Source: Candidatus Limnocylindria bacterium (GTDB lineage: Bacteria; Desulfobacterota; Binatia; DP-6). Taken from it: a stretch of 63,305 nt of DNA. This document shows, in pieces, positions 9,219 to 18,740 of the stretch. Numbering within the stretch: the stretch's first letter is position 1; the number at the start of each line of letters is the position of its first letter. The notes under the pieces were generated by a model, which did no database searches, had not been told where the DNA came from, and saw nothing but the letters and a program-made list of their open reading frames with translations. The DNA lies in the NCBI GenBank assembly GCA_035559675.1, contig DATMAZ010000092.1:1-63305 (forward strand), given 5' to 3'. Position numbers and translations under genes: made by a program.

Positions 9219-9688
9219 TCGATCACCGCCCAGACGTTGGCAGCCGCCGCGGCCGCGAACGTCAGGTCGAACAAGGGGAGACCGGAGATCATATGCACGA
9301 CCGTCCAGAACTGCAGCGAGGTTACGATCTTGCCCGAGCGGCGGGGGCGCAGCAGCTGCAGGCGGTCCGGGTAGACGAGCCAGATCACCAGCGCGCCGAG
9401 CGAATTGACGATGTCGCGGGCGACGAGTATGGCAAGCCGCGCCGGCGTGAGGCCGTAGACCACCACGAGGGTCACCAGCACCGGCAGGACGAAGAGCCGG
9501 TCGCAGATGGGATCGAGCAGCGTGCCGAGGCGCGTCGGATGGCCAAGACGCTTGGCGACCCAGCCGTCGAGCCAGTCCGAGATGCCGGCCACGCACAGGA
9601 TGGCGATGGCGACGGCCGGCTCGCGCGCCCAATAGACGAACGCCACGGCGAGTCCGAGGCGGGAGAGCGAGATCAGATTGGCGAGCAT
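9161..9688 (-). CDS. CDP-alcohol phosphatidyltransferase (PgsA-like)
   Basis: Signature D-G-x2-A-(K)-x8-G-x3-D-x3-D is present: DWLDGWVAKRLGHPTRLGTLLDPICDRL. About 5 TM helices. ATG 9688 (MLANLISLSR). The 3' end overlaps the convergent EEP gene by 58 nt. Confidence 0.8.
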   Translation of the reverse strand: MLANLISLSRLGLAVAFVYWAREPAVAIAILCVAGISDWLDGWVAKRLGHPTRLGTLLDPICDRLFVLPVLVTLVVVYGLTPARLAILVARDIVNSLGALVIWLVYPDRLQLLRPRRSGKIVTSLQFWTVVHMISGLPLFDLTFAAAAAANVWAVIDYSAQFRRVVGSAKSVSTP

Positions 9689-9743
9689 CGACGGTGAGGT
9701 GACGCGCAGAGCGGCGGGGGCGGGCGACGTGCTGGGCTGGCAG

Positions 9744-10751
9744 ATGTCTCCGCCCCATGCCGAGCGGCTGCGAGTGCTGCTCGCCTCTGCCACGGGGCGT
9801 GCGGGCGAGCCCGATTGGTACGACCTCCCGGCCCTCGTGCGCAAGCGGCACCCGGTGGGGGTGGCGGCGGTGCTCGGGTACGGCTCGTGGTACACGAGCG
9901 GGCTTCGCAAGCCCGTGAGCTTTCCCGACGTCTACCTGGTGGTGGACGACTACCGCTGTGTGCTCGCGAAGGCGACACACCGCTGGTGGAACCGGTATCT
10001 GCCGCCGAACGTGTACTTCGTGTGGTCGGAGGGCCCCGGCCGCCACGTGCTCCGCGGCAAGTACAACGTGATCAGCCGCGCCGACCTGGCGCGCGAATGC
10101 GGTCCCGGGATGCGGGACGTCTACAACGCGGGCCGACTCACCAAGCGGCTATGGCTCGCCTGGAGCCGGGACGACGCCGTCCATGCCGAGGTGCTCGAAC
10201 GCCTGCTCGAGGCCCACACCGTGCTCACGGCCGCGGCGCTGGCGCTGCTCCCTGAGCGCTTCATGCTCGAGCGATTCTCGCTCGAGCTGCTCGCGCTCAG
10301 CTATCGCGGCGAGGCCCGGCTCGAGGGCTGGGAGCGGGTGCGCGCGCTCCACGCCGCGCACGCGCCGTACTACCGCGAGGTCCATGCGCTGCTGATCGAC
10401 GCCTTTGCCGCCGCCACCGGGCTCGTCGAGCCCGCGGGGGCCGACGAGACGCGCAAGGTGCCCGACGCCGCCTGGGCGACGCTCAGGCGGCGCACGCACC
10501 GGCTGCTTCGCCGCAGCCGGCGACGCGGCTATCTTCGCTGGCCTCGTATCATCCTGACCGAGCCGAACCTCCTCGACCTCGCCGTGAACGAGGCCGAACG
10601 CAAGGCCGGCGTGCAGATCCGCGTCACGCCGCGGCTCCGCCGCCACCCGCTGCTCTACGGGCTCCCCGAGTTCCTGCGCGTGCTGCGGGCACGGCGCGCG
10701 CGCGAGCGCATCGGGACCACGGTGTCCGGCCCCGGCGCCGGGGACGAGTAG
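9744..10751 (+). CDS. Tam41/Mmp37-like nucleotidyltransferase (putative CDP-diacylglycerol synthase type)
   Basis: By-eye match to Tam41 blocks: GYGSWYTS ... PDVYLVVDD (NTase G-S/Asp), NVYF, and KYNVISRADL...VYNAGRLTKRL (compare KYGVv..L..DL..W...YlAGRLqKPV). The ORF opens at 9678; ATG at 9744. Confidence 0.55.
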   Translation: MSPPHAERLRVLLASATGRAGEPDWYDLPALVRKRHPVGVAAVLGYGSWYTSGLRKPVSFPDVYLVVDDYRCVLAKATHRWWNRYLPPNVYFVWSEGPGRHVLRGKYNVISRADLARECGPGMRDVYNAGRLTKRLWLAWSRDDAVHAEVLERLLEAHTVLTAAALALLPERFMLERFSLELLALSYRGEARLEGWERVRALHAAHAPYYREVHALLIDAFAAATGLVEPAGADETRKVPDAAWATLRRRTHRLLRRSRRRGYLRWPRIILTEPNLLDLAVNEAERKAGVQIRVTPRLRRHPLLYGLPEFLRVLRARRARERIGTTVSGPGAGDE

Positions 10752-10758
10752 GCCGGGA

Positions 10759-11163
10759 TCAATCGTGCACTTCCTCGGTGAGCTTGGTGAGACGCTCCTC
10801 CAGGCTCTGCAGACGGCGGTTGGTCGCCACGAGCTCGGCACGCAGCCGCCCGACGTCGTCCGTGCCGGCCACGTGCAGGCGCGAGCGGACCGCTGTCTCG
10901 AGCGCCGCTAGCCGCCGCTCGATCTCGCGGCGGGCGGCGCCGGCGCGGCCGCCGTCGAGCTCGCGCGTGAGCCGCTGCAACCCGGTGGTGAACTCACGCC
11001 TGAGCACGCGCGCGTCGGTCGTGAGCTCGGCCCGGGTGCGGCGCACGAAGCGGCGAAGGTCGCGGTCGAGACGGTCCGCTAGACGCTTCCCCTCGCGCTG
11101 GACATTGGTGAGCGCGCGCTTGAGCGTTGGCACGGTCGCGGTCTTCTTCTGCCTTTTCGCCAT
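10759..11163 (-). CDS. Coiled-coil, phasin-like protein
   Basis: GGGAGGA lies 6 nt before ATG 11163. Charged heptad-rich sequence ending ...LQSLEERLTKLTEEV. Confidence 0.55.
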   Translation of the reverse strand: MAKRQKKTATVPTLKRALTNVQREGKRLADRLDRDLRRFVRRTRAELTTDARVLRREFTTGLQRLTRELDGGRAGAARREIERRLAALETAVRSRLHVAGTDDVGRLRAELVATNRRLQSLEERLTKLTEEVHD

Positions 11164-11308
11164 GGGCAATCCTCCCGCTGCTCTTTAGCAAGGCCGCGGC
11201 CACCCGGCTCTGCCCGCCTGTGCGCGGGTCGTTCCCATCCGTGGGAAGCGGCGCGGCGACGCCTCCCATGGCGCACCGCCGGCGCCCGTGGGGCGCCGCC
11301 GTTTCCGC

Positions 11309-12517
11309 TCAGGCCAGGCGTTTGCGGAAGGTGGCGACGGCCACCGCCAGGGCGGCCGCCATGAACGCCGCGATCGCGCCGATCTCCCCCATGAGCACGC
11401 CGAGCGAGGCGCCCTTCAGCAGGATGCCGCGGACGATGCGCAGGAAATGGGTGAGCGGCAGGAGCGCGCCGATCCACTGCGCGGGCCTGGGCATGGCTTC
11501 GAAGGGGAACATGAAGCCCGAGAGCAGGATCGACGGCAGAAAGAAGAAGAAGGACATCTGGGTCGCCTGGAACTGGGTGCGGGCCAGCGAGGAGACGACG
11601 AGCCCCATCGTCAGCATGGCGGCGAGAAACGGTAGCGAGGCGAGCCCCAGCTCGAGCAGCGAGCCGCGGATCGGGACGTCGAAAAGGCTTCGGCCGAGCG
11701 CCAGCACGAGCGCAACCTGCACGAGGCCCACGAGCAAATAGGGCACGATCTTGCCGACCATCACCTCCCAGCTCCGCACCGGCGTGGCGATCAGGAACTC
11801 GAACGTGCCCCGCTCCCGCTCGCGCACGACGGCGAGGGCCGTCATGAGCATCATCGTCATGGTGAGGATGACGCCCACCAGCCCGGGCACGATGAACACG
11901 GCGGTGCGGCGCTCGGGGTTGTAGAGCGGCAGCACGGCGACGCGCACGCTCTCGGCGCGGACGAGCTCCGGCGCCTGCGCGAAGCGCGCGCCTTCGCGGT
12001 CGGTGAGCCGCAGCGCCGGCATGGGGTCGACGACGTGGAAGGGGCGGAGCCGATGCGCCAGGTCTGCGCCATAGCCCTGGCCGGTCAGCATGACGGCGCT
12101 CGCCACCGTCGGGTTGCTGCCGTCGGCCAGCAGCGAGAGCTCCGCGCCGCGCCCGCGCAGCAGCCGCCGGTCGAGGTCCGGCGGCACGACGATCACGGCG
12201 CCGACGGTGCTGTCCTCGAGCAGGCGAAAGGCCTCGCGCTCGCTGCGCACCACGCGGGTGAGCGTGAACGTCTGGGTGGCCGCCAGCTCGCCCACCAGAT
12301 GACGCGAGAGCGAGCTGTCGGCGCGGTCGAGCACGGCCGTCGGCACGCGGCGCACGTCGAGGTTGATGGCATACCCGAAAAGCACGAGCTGGAGCGACGG
12401 GATGCCGACGATGAAGCCGAGCGTCAGCCGGTCTCGCGCGAGCTGGCGCAGCTCCTTTAGCGCCACCGCGAGGACTCGCCGTGCGGCGCCCCGCAGCCGC
12501 CCTCCCGCGGCGCTCAC
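11309..12517 (-). CDS. ABC-2 type transporter permease
   Basis: GTGA overlap with the upstream ATPase stop (GTG 12517). N-terminal KELRQLARDRLTL, a large external loop, and 5 C-terminal TM helices with the FMFPFEAMP motif. Confidence 0.85.
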   Translation of the reverse strand: MSAAGGRLRGAARRVLAVALKELRQLARDRLTLGFIVGIPSLQLVLFGYAINLDVRRVPTAVLDRADSSLSRHLVGELAATQTFTLTRVVRSEREAFRLLEDSTVGAVIVVPPDLDRRLLRGRGAELSLLADGSNPTVASAVMLTGQGYGADLAHRLRPFHVVDPMPALRLTDREGARFAQAPELVRAESVRVAVLPLYNPERRTAVFIVPGLVGVILTMTMMLMTALAVVRERERGTFEFLIATPVRSWEVMVGKIVPYLLVGLVQVALVLALGRSLFDVPIRGSLLELGLASLPFLAAMLTMGLVVSSLARTQFQATQMSFFFFLPSILLSGFMFPFEAMPRPAQWIGALLPLTHFLRIVRGILLKGASLGVLMGEIGAIAAFMAAALAVAVATFRKRLA

Positions 12518-13494
12518 GACGATGCCCCCGGCTCGGCTCCGACGGACAACGACTCGCCGAGCAGCGCGGCGACGAATACGTCCTCCAGGTTGGGCGCGGT
12601 CGGCTGGGCGCGTGCGTCGGCGAGGCCGCGGTCGGCCAGCCGCCGATCGAGCGTGCCCAGCATCTCGGCCGCCGGCGGGGCATCCGGCGCGAGCAGCACG
12701 TGAACGGCGTCGCCGAGCTGGGTCGTGCTCACCACGGACGGGAGGGTCCGCAGCGCGGCGATCACCCGCTCCGGTTGCGCCCCGTGCACCTCGAGCACGC
12801 GCGAGCCGAGCGGACGCACGAGATCGGTCGGCCGCCCGATGGCGACCTGCTGCCCTTCGCGCATCAGACACAACCGATGGCAGCGCACCGCCTCGTCCAT
12901 GTAGTGGGTCGACACGAAGATCGTCGTGCCCGCGGCGGCGAGCTCGAAGAGCCGTTCCCAGAAGAGCCGGCGACTCTGCGGATCGACGCCCGCCGTCGGC
13001 TCGTCGAGCACGAGCAGCTCGGGGTCGTGGATGGTGGCGGCGGTCAGCGCCAGCCGCTGCTTCCAGCCCCCCGAGAGCGCGGCGGCGCGGAGATGCGCGT
13101 AGCCGCCGAGATTCGCCCGTTCGATGGCGGCCGCGACCCGGCTCGCGCGGACGCCGCGCGGGAGCCCGAAGATGGCGGCCGCGAACTCGAGGTTTTCGCG
13201 CACCGAGAGGTCCTCGTAGAGCGAGAAACGCTGGGTCATGTAGCCGACGTGCGGGCGCAGCGCTTCCGCGTCGCCGGGAATGTGGTGGCCGAGCACGGTG
13301 GCTTCACCGGCCGACGGCGCCAGCAGCCCGAGCAGCACGCGCATGAGCGTCGACTTGCCGGAGCCGTTCGGGCCGAGGCAGCCGAACACTTCGCCGCGCT
13401 CGATGCTGAGATTCACCCGGTCGACGGCGGTCCGCGGGCCGAACCGGCGGGTGAGCCCGCGGGTCTCGATCACCGAGGTGCCCACCGCGGTCAT
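12514..13494 (-). CDS. ABC transporter ATP-binding protein
   Basis: Walker A GPNGSGKST, signature LSGGWKQRL, Walker B LLVLDEPT. ATGA overlap with the HlyD stop. Confidence 0.9.
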   Translation of the reverse strand: MTAVGTSVIETRGLTRRFGPRTAVDRVNLSIERGEVFGCLGPNGSGKSTLMRVLLGLLAPSAGEATVLGHHIPGDAEALRPHVGYMTQRFSLYEDLSVRENLEFAAAIFGLPRGVRASRVAAAIERANLGGYAHLRAAALSGGWKQRLALTAATIHDPELLVLDEPTAGVDPQSRRLFWERLFELAAAGTTIFVSTHYMDEAVRCHRLCLMREGQQVAIGRPTDLVRPLGSRVLEVHGAQPERVIAALRTLPSVVSTTQLGDAVHVLLAPDAPPAAEMLGTLDRRLADRGLADARAQPTAPNLEDVFVAALLGESLSVGAEPGASS

Positions 13495-14315
13495 GGCGGC
13501 GGCTCCGCCCCAAGACGCACGTCGGCGGCGAGGCCCGGTCGCAGGTCGCCGGGCGCGTCGAGCAGCTCGATCCGTGCCTCGTAGACGAGGTGCACGCGAT
13601 CGCGCTCGGTGAGCGCGAAGTGCGGCGTGAACTCCGGCTCGCGCGCGACGTCGAGCACGCGGCCCTGCATCGTCGCCGCCAGCCCGTCGACGGTGACGAT
13701 CGCCGGGTGGCCGACCTGCACCCCGGCGACGCGTTGCTCGGGAATCCACACCCGCACCCACGGGCGGGCGGAGGCGAGCAGCACGCAGACGACGCCGCCG
13801 GCCGGCACGCGCTCGCCGGGGTCGAACGGCAGCTGATCCACGATGCCGTCGACGGGCGCGCGCAGCGTTCGCTCCGCGACACGATGCCGGGCCGCCGTGA
13901 GCAGCGTCTCGGCCTCGCGGAGTCGCGCCGCCGCCTCGTCACGCGCGAGTCTCGCCCGCTCGAGGTCGTGCTGCGCCGCTACCTGCGCCTGTCGGAGCCC
14001 GGTGAAGCGCTCGAGATCGCTCGCTGCCATGACGTCGGCCGCACGGGCACCCGCCAGTCGGGCCTCGGCGCCGGCGACCTCGGCGTCGGCGAGCGTCGGG
14101 TCGAGCCGGGCGATGACCTCGCCGGCGTGCACCGCCTGCCCGCGTTCCACGCGCACCTCGAGCAGCGTCTCGGACACCGGGGCCGCCAGCTCCACGAGCG
14201 TGCGCTCGACGGTGCCCGTGAGCAGCAGCGTCCCGTCGTCGCGGTTGCAGGCGCTGGCGAGCAGCAGCAGCGCCGCCGCGCTACGCGCACGCCAGGCGGT
14301 CGTCATGCCGGCCAT
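13491..14315 (-). CDS. HlyD-family membrane fusion protein
   Basis: N-terminal anchor MAGMTTAWRARSAAALLLLASAC, a coiled-coil hairpin, and lipoyl/beta-barrel motifs (RAPVDGIVD, G..V.V). Confidence 0.85.
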   Translation of the reverse strand: MAGMTTAWRARSAAALLLLASACNRDDGTLLLTGTVERTLVELAAPVSETLLEVRVERGQAVHAGEVIARLDPTLADAEVAGAEARLAGARAADVMAASDLERFTGLRQAQVAAQHDLERARLARDEAAARLREAETLLTAARHRVAERTLRAPVDGIVDQLPFDPGERVPAGGVVCVLLASARPWVRVWIPEQRVAGVQVGHPAIVTVDGLAATMQGRVLDVAREPEFTPHFALTERDRVHLVYEARIELLDAPGDLRPGLAADVRLGAEPPP

Positions 14316-14341
14316 GAAGTAGGCGGTTTGCCATGCATGCG

Positions 14342-15793
14342 TCAACGAACGCCGACCAGGCGGAGCACGAAGTCGGGGAATTGCCAGGCGAGATCGCCGG
14401 AAAAGGCGAGGAAGGTGGCCGTCACACCGCCGAACGCCCAGGTGGCCAGCCGGGCGACCGCGCGGCGCACGAGCGCCGGCGTGGCGGTCGGCCAGAGGCT
14501 CCACCGTTGGCCCCGCCAGGCGAGTGCCGCCGACAGCACGAGCGCGTTCACCAGGGCCCAGGCGGCGATCGGTACGAAGTTCACGGCACCCGGTTCGGTG
14601 GTGAGGAGAAACGGCACGCCCATCGCGTGCCAGGCGCCGCTCACCGCGAAGACCGCGAACACGTTGCGGGTCTGGTGCGCGCGGTTGCCGCCGAGCGGGA
14701 TGTAGACGTACTCGACGAGCCAACGCGTCATCGTGCCGCGCCAGGCGTACCAGAACTGCGAGGGACTCTGCGCCCGCAGGATGCCGGCGAAGTTGGGATG
14801 GATGCGCACGCCCCAGCCGAGCGCCAGCGCCTCGAGCGTCGCCCAGATGCCCATCACGAACAGCGCCGAGCGCACGAACAGCGCGAGATACGCGAGGTGG
14901 AAGGGCAGCACGCCGGACGGGGCCAGCAGCGCCGGCAGATCGACGGGAATGCGAAAGGCGAGCCAGTAGTAGACCGCGCCGCGCACGGCGACGCGAAAGA
15001 GCCGCGCGTCGTCGGCGAAGGTGCCCGGCTCCGGGTTGCGCGCCCGGAAGTCGGCGTAGCGCTCGGTGGCGCCGTAGCAGCACGGGTAGAACAGCTGGTA
15101 GCTCCAGTAGTCGAGCAGCGTGCCGCCGGCGCCGCGCCGCACGTCGACGAGCCAGCTCACGTGTCGCAGCAGCATGAAGGCGAACAGGCCCTGGGCGCCG
15201 AGGCCGAGCGCCGGCGCCTCCGTCCAGGCGAGCCGGCACGCCCCGAGCGTTGCGGCCATGATCGCGCCCTGCACGAGCGCAGTGCGGGCGTTCGGAGCGG
15301 CTGCGTCGAGCCGCTGCACGGCCGTACCGGCCGCCATGCCGCCCAGCACGATGGCCGCCGGCCCCGTCCCGGCGAGCAGCAGCAGCATGCCGGCGCTTAC
15401 CGCGAGCAGCACGCGCACGCGCGCGGCGGTGGGCAGCACGCGGATCGCGGCACCGCCGAAGCCGGCGAGCAGCAGGTGATCGCCGCGCGCGAGCGACGAC
15501 TCGAAGCCGCTGCCGCGGTGGAGCGCGACCCAGACGCCGAGCGCGGCGGCCGAGGCGGCGAAGGCCAGGGTGACGCCGGGCGTCTGTCGGAGACGGCGCA
15601 GCCACACCAGCCCGGCCACCACCGCCGCAAAGAGCCCCAGGCTCAGGATCTCCACGACGAACCCCACGGCGTCGCCCGACATGCCGGCCCGCTCGAGCAG
15701 CGACTTCGCGGCGCTTAGCGCCGGCAGCCTGAGGAGGACGAGCGCGTCGGGACTGTCGAACGGACCCGGCACGCGAGCGGGGTACCACAGCAC
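14342..15793 (-). CDS. MBOAT family membrane-bound O-acyltransferase (AlgI/DltB-like)
   Basis: Polytopic protein. Core FWYAWRGTMTRWLVEYVYIPLGGNR...VFAVSGAWHAMG carries the invariant His. Start uncertain (alternative MSGDAVG...). Confidence 0.8.
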   Translation of the reverse strand: MLWYPARVPGPFDSPDALVLLRLPALSAAKSLLERAGMSGDAVGFVVEILSLGLFAAVVAGLVWLRRLRQTPGVTLAFAASAAALGVWVALHRGSGFESSLARGDHLLLAGFGGAAIRVLPTAARVRVLLAVSAGMLLLLAGTGPAAIVLGGMAAGTAVQRLDAAAPNARTALVQGAIMAATLGACRLAWTEAPALGLGAQGLFAFMLLRHVSWLVDVRRGAGGTLLDYWSYQLFYPCCYGATERYADFRARNPEPGTFADDARLFRVAVRGAVYYWLAFRIPVDLPALLAPSGVLPFHLAYLALFVRSALFVMGIWATLEALALGWGVRIHPNFAGILRAQSPSQFWYAWRGTMTRWLVEYVYIPLGGNRAHQTRNVFAVFAVSGAWHAMGVPFLLTTEPGAVNFVPIAAWALVNALVLSAALAWRGQRWSLWPTATPALVRRAVARLATWAFGGVTATFLAFSGDLAWQFPDFVLRLVGVR

Positions 15794-15812
15794 CCCGTGG
15801 AACTCACGCGAG

Positions 15813-15885
15813 TGGAGCAGAAGGGAATCGAACCCTCGACCCCCACGTTGCGAACGTGGTGCTCTCCCAGCTGAGCTACTGCCCC
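15813..15885 (-). tRNA. tRNA-Ala (anticodon CGC)
   Basis: A 73-nt cloverleaf folded by hand: acceptor GGGGCAG/CTGCTCC with the G3:U70 Ala identity pair, D arm GCTC/GAGC, anticodon arm CCACG-TTCGCAA-CGTGG, T arm GAGGG-TTCGATT-CCCTT. CCA is not encoded. Confidence 0.9.
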
Positions 15886-15949
15886 GCGATGCGCCCGCCG
15901 GCGCGAGCGCTGGCTATAGCGGGGCCCCTAGGACGCGTCAAACCCGCAG

Positions 15950-16195
15950 TCATTCGGCCGGTGGACGCCGCGGCCGCGGCTCGACGGTCCACGCCGGCGT
16001 CCAGCCGCCGCCGCGCTTCCAGCGCGCCGGACGCGTCGCCGGCAGCTCGAGCCGCTCGGCCGCCTCGCGCGCCCGGCGTTCCGCGGTGAGCAGGCTGGTT
16101 ACACCGGGCGTTGCACCACGCTCGCCGCGAACGGTGGCGCGCGCGGGGTTTCCGCTGAGCAGTCCTGCGATGGCCAGCATCACGATGAGCCGCAT
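15950..16195 (-). CDS. Small hypothetical exported protein
   Basis: MRLIVMLAIAGLLSGNPARA signal-like N-terminus. No family motif. Could be a GC artefact. Confidence 0.3.
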   Translation of the reverse strand: MRLIVMLAIAGLLSGNPARATVRGERGATPGVTSLLTAERRAREAAERLELPATRPARWKRGGGWTPAWTVEPRPRRPPAE

Positions 16196-16224
16196 GCCGC
16201 TCGGCGGTGCACGCCGCGTGCCGT

Positions 16225-16968
16225 TCACCCGCCGAGCCGGTGAAGGAGCGCGATGAGCAGTACGCCGCCCAAGAACGGCAGCTGCGCCCGCGAGTGCAGC
16301 GAGCGATGGTGATGGACCTGAGGAATCAGGTCGGCGCTGGCCACATAGAGGAACATGCCGGCCGTTGCCGCCATGAACCAGGCGAGATACGGCTCGACGG
16401 TCGCGCCGGCCGCGAAGAACACCAGCGCGCCCACGACGGCGGTGAGCCCGCAGAGGAAGTTCGCCAGCAGCGCGATGCGCGGCGTCATGCCGCCGGCGAC
16501 CAGAATGCCGAAGTCGGCGAGTTCCTGGGGTACCTCGTGGACCGTGACGGCGACCGTGGTGACGATCCCCACCTCGGGACCGACGGCGAAGCTCGCCGCG
16601 ATCGCCAACCCGTCGATGAAGTTGTGGAGTGCGTCGCCGATCAGGATGAGGTGCGGCGAGGCGATCACGTGCCGCTCACGGGCGTTTTCCTCGTGGACGT
16701 GGAAGCCGTGCAGCACGCGCTCGAGCAAGAAGAAGCCGATCATGGCGCCGAGCGTGGCGGTGAAGATGTTGCCGGGGGCGCGCGCGAGCGTGGTGGCCTC
16801 GGGCAGCAGCTCGAGGAAGCTCGTGGCGAGCAGCACGCCGGCGGCGAAGCTGAGCAGCACGAGCTCGCCGCGCTGCGAGAGGCGGCGCGTGAACACGAAC
16901 ACGATGCCGACCAGGGCTGTGGCGGAGACGACCAGCGTCGCCAGGACGGCCTGCAACCAGGGCGGCAT
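16225..16968 (-). CDS. ZIP family metal (Zn/Fe) transporter
   Basis: HNFIDGLAIAASF and VTVHEVPQELADFGIL motifs, about 8 TM helices. ATG 16968 lies 2 nt after the pfkA stop. Confidence 0.85.
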   Translation of the reverse strand: MPPWLQAVLATLVVSATALVGIVFVFTRRLSQRGELVLLSFAAGVLLATSFLELLPEATTLARAPGNIFTATLGAMIGFFLLERVLHGFHVHEENARERHVIASPHLILIGDALHNFIDGLAIAASFAVGPEVGIVTTVAVTVHEVPQELADFGILVAGGMTPRIALLANFLCGLTAVVGALVFFAAGATVEPYLAWFMAATAGMFLYVASADLIPQVHHHRSLHSRAQLPFLGGVLLIALLHRLGG

Positions 16969-16970
16969 CG

Positions 16971-17942
16971 TCACTGCGCGAGGACGCGGGCCATCTCGAG
17001 GAAAGAGAGGTCGGGCGCCTTGGTGCGGCCGGCGATGTCGGCGAGCGGGGTGGCCGTCACCTCGCGGCCGGTGAGCCCGACCAGCACCCCGGCCTCGCCG
17101 CGCGCCAGACAGTGGACGGCGGCGGTGCCGAGCCGCGTGCCGAGCAGGCGGTCGAAGTGGGTCGGCGTGCCGCCGCGCTGCACGTGCCCGAGGATGGTCG
17201 CCCGCAGCTCGAAACCGAAGCGCTGGCGGTTCAATCGGAAGAACGGGACCAGCCGGGCGGCGTTGTTGCGCGCGCCCTCGGCCACCACCACGAGCGCGTG
17301 TGCCTTGCCGCGGTCGAAGGCCCGCTGGAGCATGTCGGCCACCTCGGCCGGCTCGATCTCCGCTTCGGGGATGACGATCGCCTCGGCGCCGCCCGTGATG
17401 CCGAGCTGCAGGGCGAGATAGCCGCACTGCCGGCCCATCACCTCGACCAGCACGGCGCGGTTGTGCGACGAGGCGGTGACCCGCAGCCGGTCGAGCGCTT
17501 CGAGCCCGACGTTGAGCGCGGTATCGACCCCGATCGTGATGTCCGAGCCGAGGAGATCGTTGTCGATCGTCGAGGCCACGCCGACCACGGGGTAGCCCGT
17601 CCGGGCCAGCGCCGCCGCGCCGCTCTGCGAGCCGTTGCCGCCGATCACGATCAGGCCCTCGATGCCGCGGGCGGCGAGCACGGCCGCGGCGCGCGTGCAG
17701 CCGTCGGGCCGGCGGAACTCCTCGCACCGGGCGCTGCCCAGCACGGTGCCGCCGAGCTGTATGATGCCGCCCACGTCGCGCGGTCCGAGCGGGCGCATCT
17801 CGTCGTCGAGCAGCCCCTGAAAGCCGTGGAGCACGCCGAAGGCCTCCCAGCCGGCGGCGACGGCCTGTCGCACCACGGCACGGATGGCAGCGTTCATTCC
17901 GGGGGCGTCCCCGCCACTGGTGAGCACGGCGATCCGTCGCAT
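16971..17942 (-). CDS. pfkA: ATP-dependent 6-phosphofructokinase
   Basis: RIAVLTSGGDAPGMNAAIR, IGGNGS, TIDNDL, MGRQCGYLAL, HVQRGG. Confidence 0.95.
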   Translation of the reverse strand: MRRIAVLTSGGDAPGMNAAIRAVVRQAVAAGWEAFGVLHGFQGLLDDEMRPLGPRDVGGIIQLGGTVLGSARCEEFRRPDGCTRAAAVLAARGIEGLIVIGGNGSQSGAAALARTGYPVVGVASTIDNDLLGSDITIGVDTALNVGLEALDRLRVTASSHNRAVLVEVMGRQCGYLALQLGITGGAEAIVIPEAEIEPAEVADMLQRAFDRGKAHALVVVAEGARNNAARLVPFFRLNRQRFGFELRATILGHVQRGGTPTHFDRLLGTRLGTAAVHCLARGEAGVLVGLTGREVTATPLADIAGRTKAPDLSFLEMARVLAQ

Positions 17943-18023
17943 GCGAGCGTCCTTCTAGACGGTCGTTTGCCGCGGCGAAAGTGCCGTCTTGCGCCCGCGG
18001 CGCATCGCGGCTAGCTCGGAGGC

Positions 18024-18611
18024 ATGGCGCTCACCGAGAACGTCGACGTCCCGCTCGGGACGCCGTGTCCCGACTTTCGCCTGCCGCGGGTCGACGGCGG
18101 CACCTTCGGCCTGGCCGACGCCGCCGACGCGCGCGTGCTGGTCGTCATGTTCATCTGCAATCACTGCCCCTACGTGCAGGCGATCGAGGATCGGCTGATC
18201 GCGCTCGCCCGCGCTTACGAGGGGCGCGGCGTGCAATTCGTGGGCATCTGCTCCAACGATCCGACCGACTACCCGGACGACCGGCCGGAGCGGCTGCTCG
18301 CCCGCTGGCGCGAGAAGGGCTACGGCTTTCCGTATCTGATCGACGAGACGCAGGACGTGGCGCGGGCCTTCCGCGCGGTCTGCACGCCCGACCTCTACGT
18401 CTACGACGCCGGCCGCCGGCTCGCGTACCACGGCCGGCTCGACGACTCCTGGAAGGACCCGGCCGCCGTGAAGCACCGCGACCTCGCCGAGGCGATCGAG
18501 GCGCTGCTGGCGGGCAAGCGCCCGAGCGCCCGGCAGCTCCCGTCGATGGGCTGCTCGATCAAGTGGCGCAAGAGTCCTCAGGACGGCACTGAGCGGTCGG
18601 CGGCGCGCTAG
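18024..18611 (+). CDS. Thioredoxin-fold protein (redoxin/TlpA-like, CNHCP active site)
   Basis: VVMFICNHCPYV, FPYLIDETQDVARAF, CTPDLYVYD, PSMGCSIKW. Confidence 0.8.
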   Translation: MALTENVDVPLGTPCPDFRLPRVDGGTFGLADAADARVLVVMFICNHCPYVQAIEDRLIALARAYEGRGVQFVGICSNDPTDYPDDRPERLLARWREKGYGFPYLIDETQDVARAFRAVCTPDLYVYDAGRRLAYHGRLDDSWKDPAAVKHRDLAEAIEALLAGKRPSARQLPSMGCSIKWRKSPQDGTERSAAR

Positions 18612-18740
18612 ACCGCCGCCAGCGCGGGCCGCCGTGCCGGCAGCGAGCGCTCGCGGCGCGGCACCGCTCGGGCGCGGTCAGCGGTGCGGTGGCTGAACGG
18701 CGGACGACCGTGACCTCGCCGGCAGTCTGGGGCGGCGCGA

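Noticed and set aside
15813-15885. tRNA-Ala as an integration site for a genomic island.
   Set aside because: There is no integrase, no repeated copy of the tRNA 3' end that I could spot, and the flanking genes are ordinary. I cannot exclude a distant attR without a computational search.
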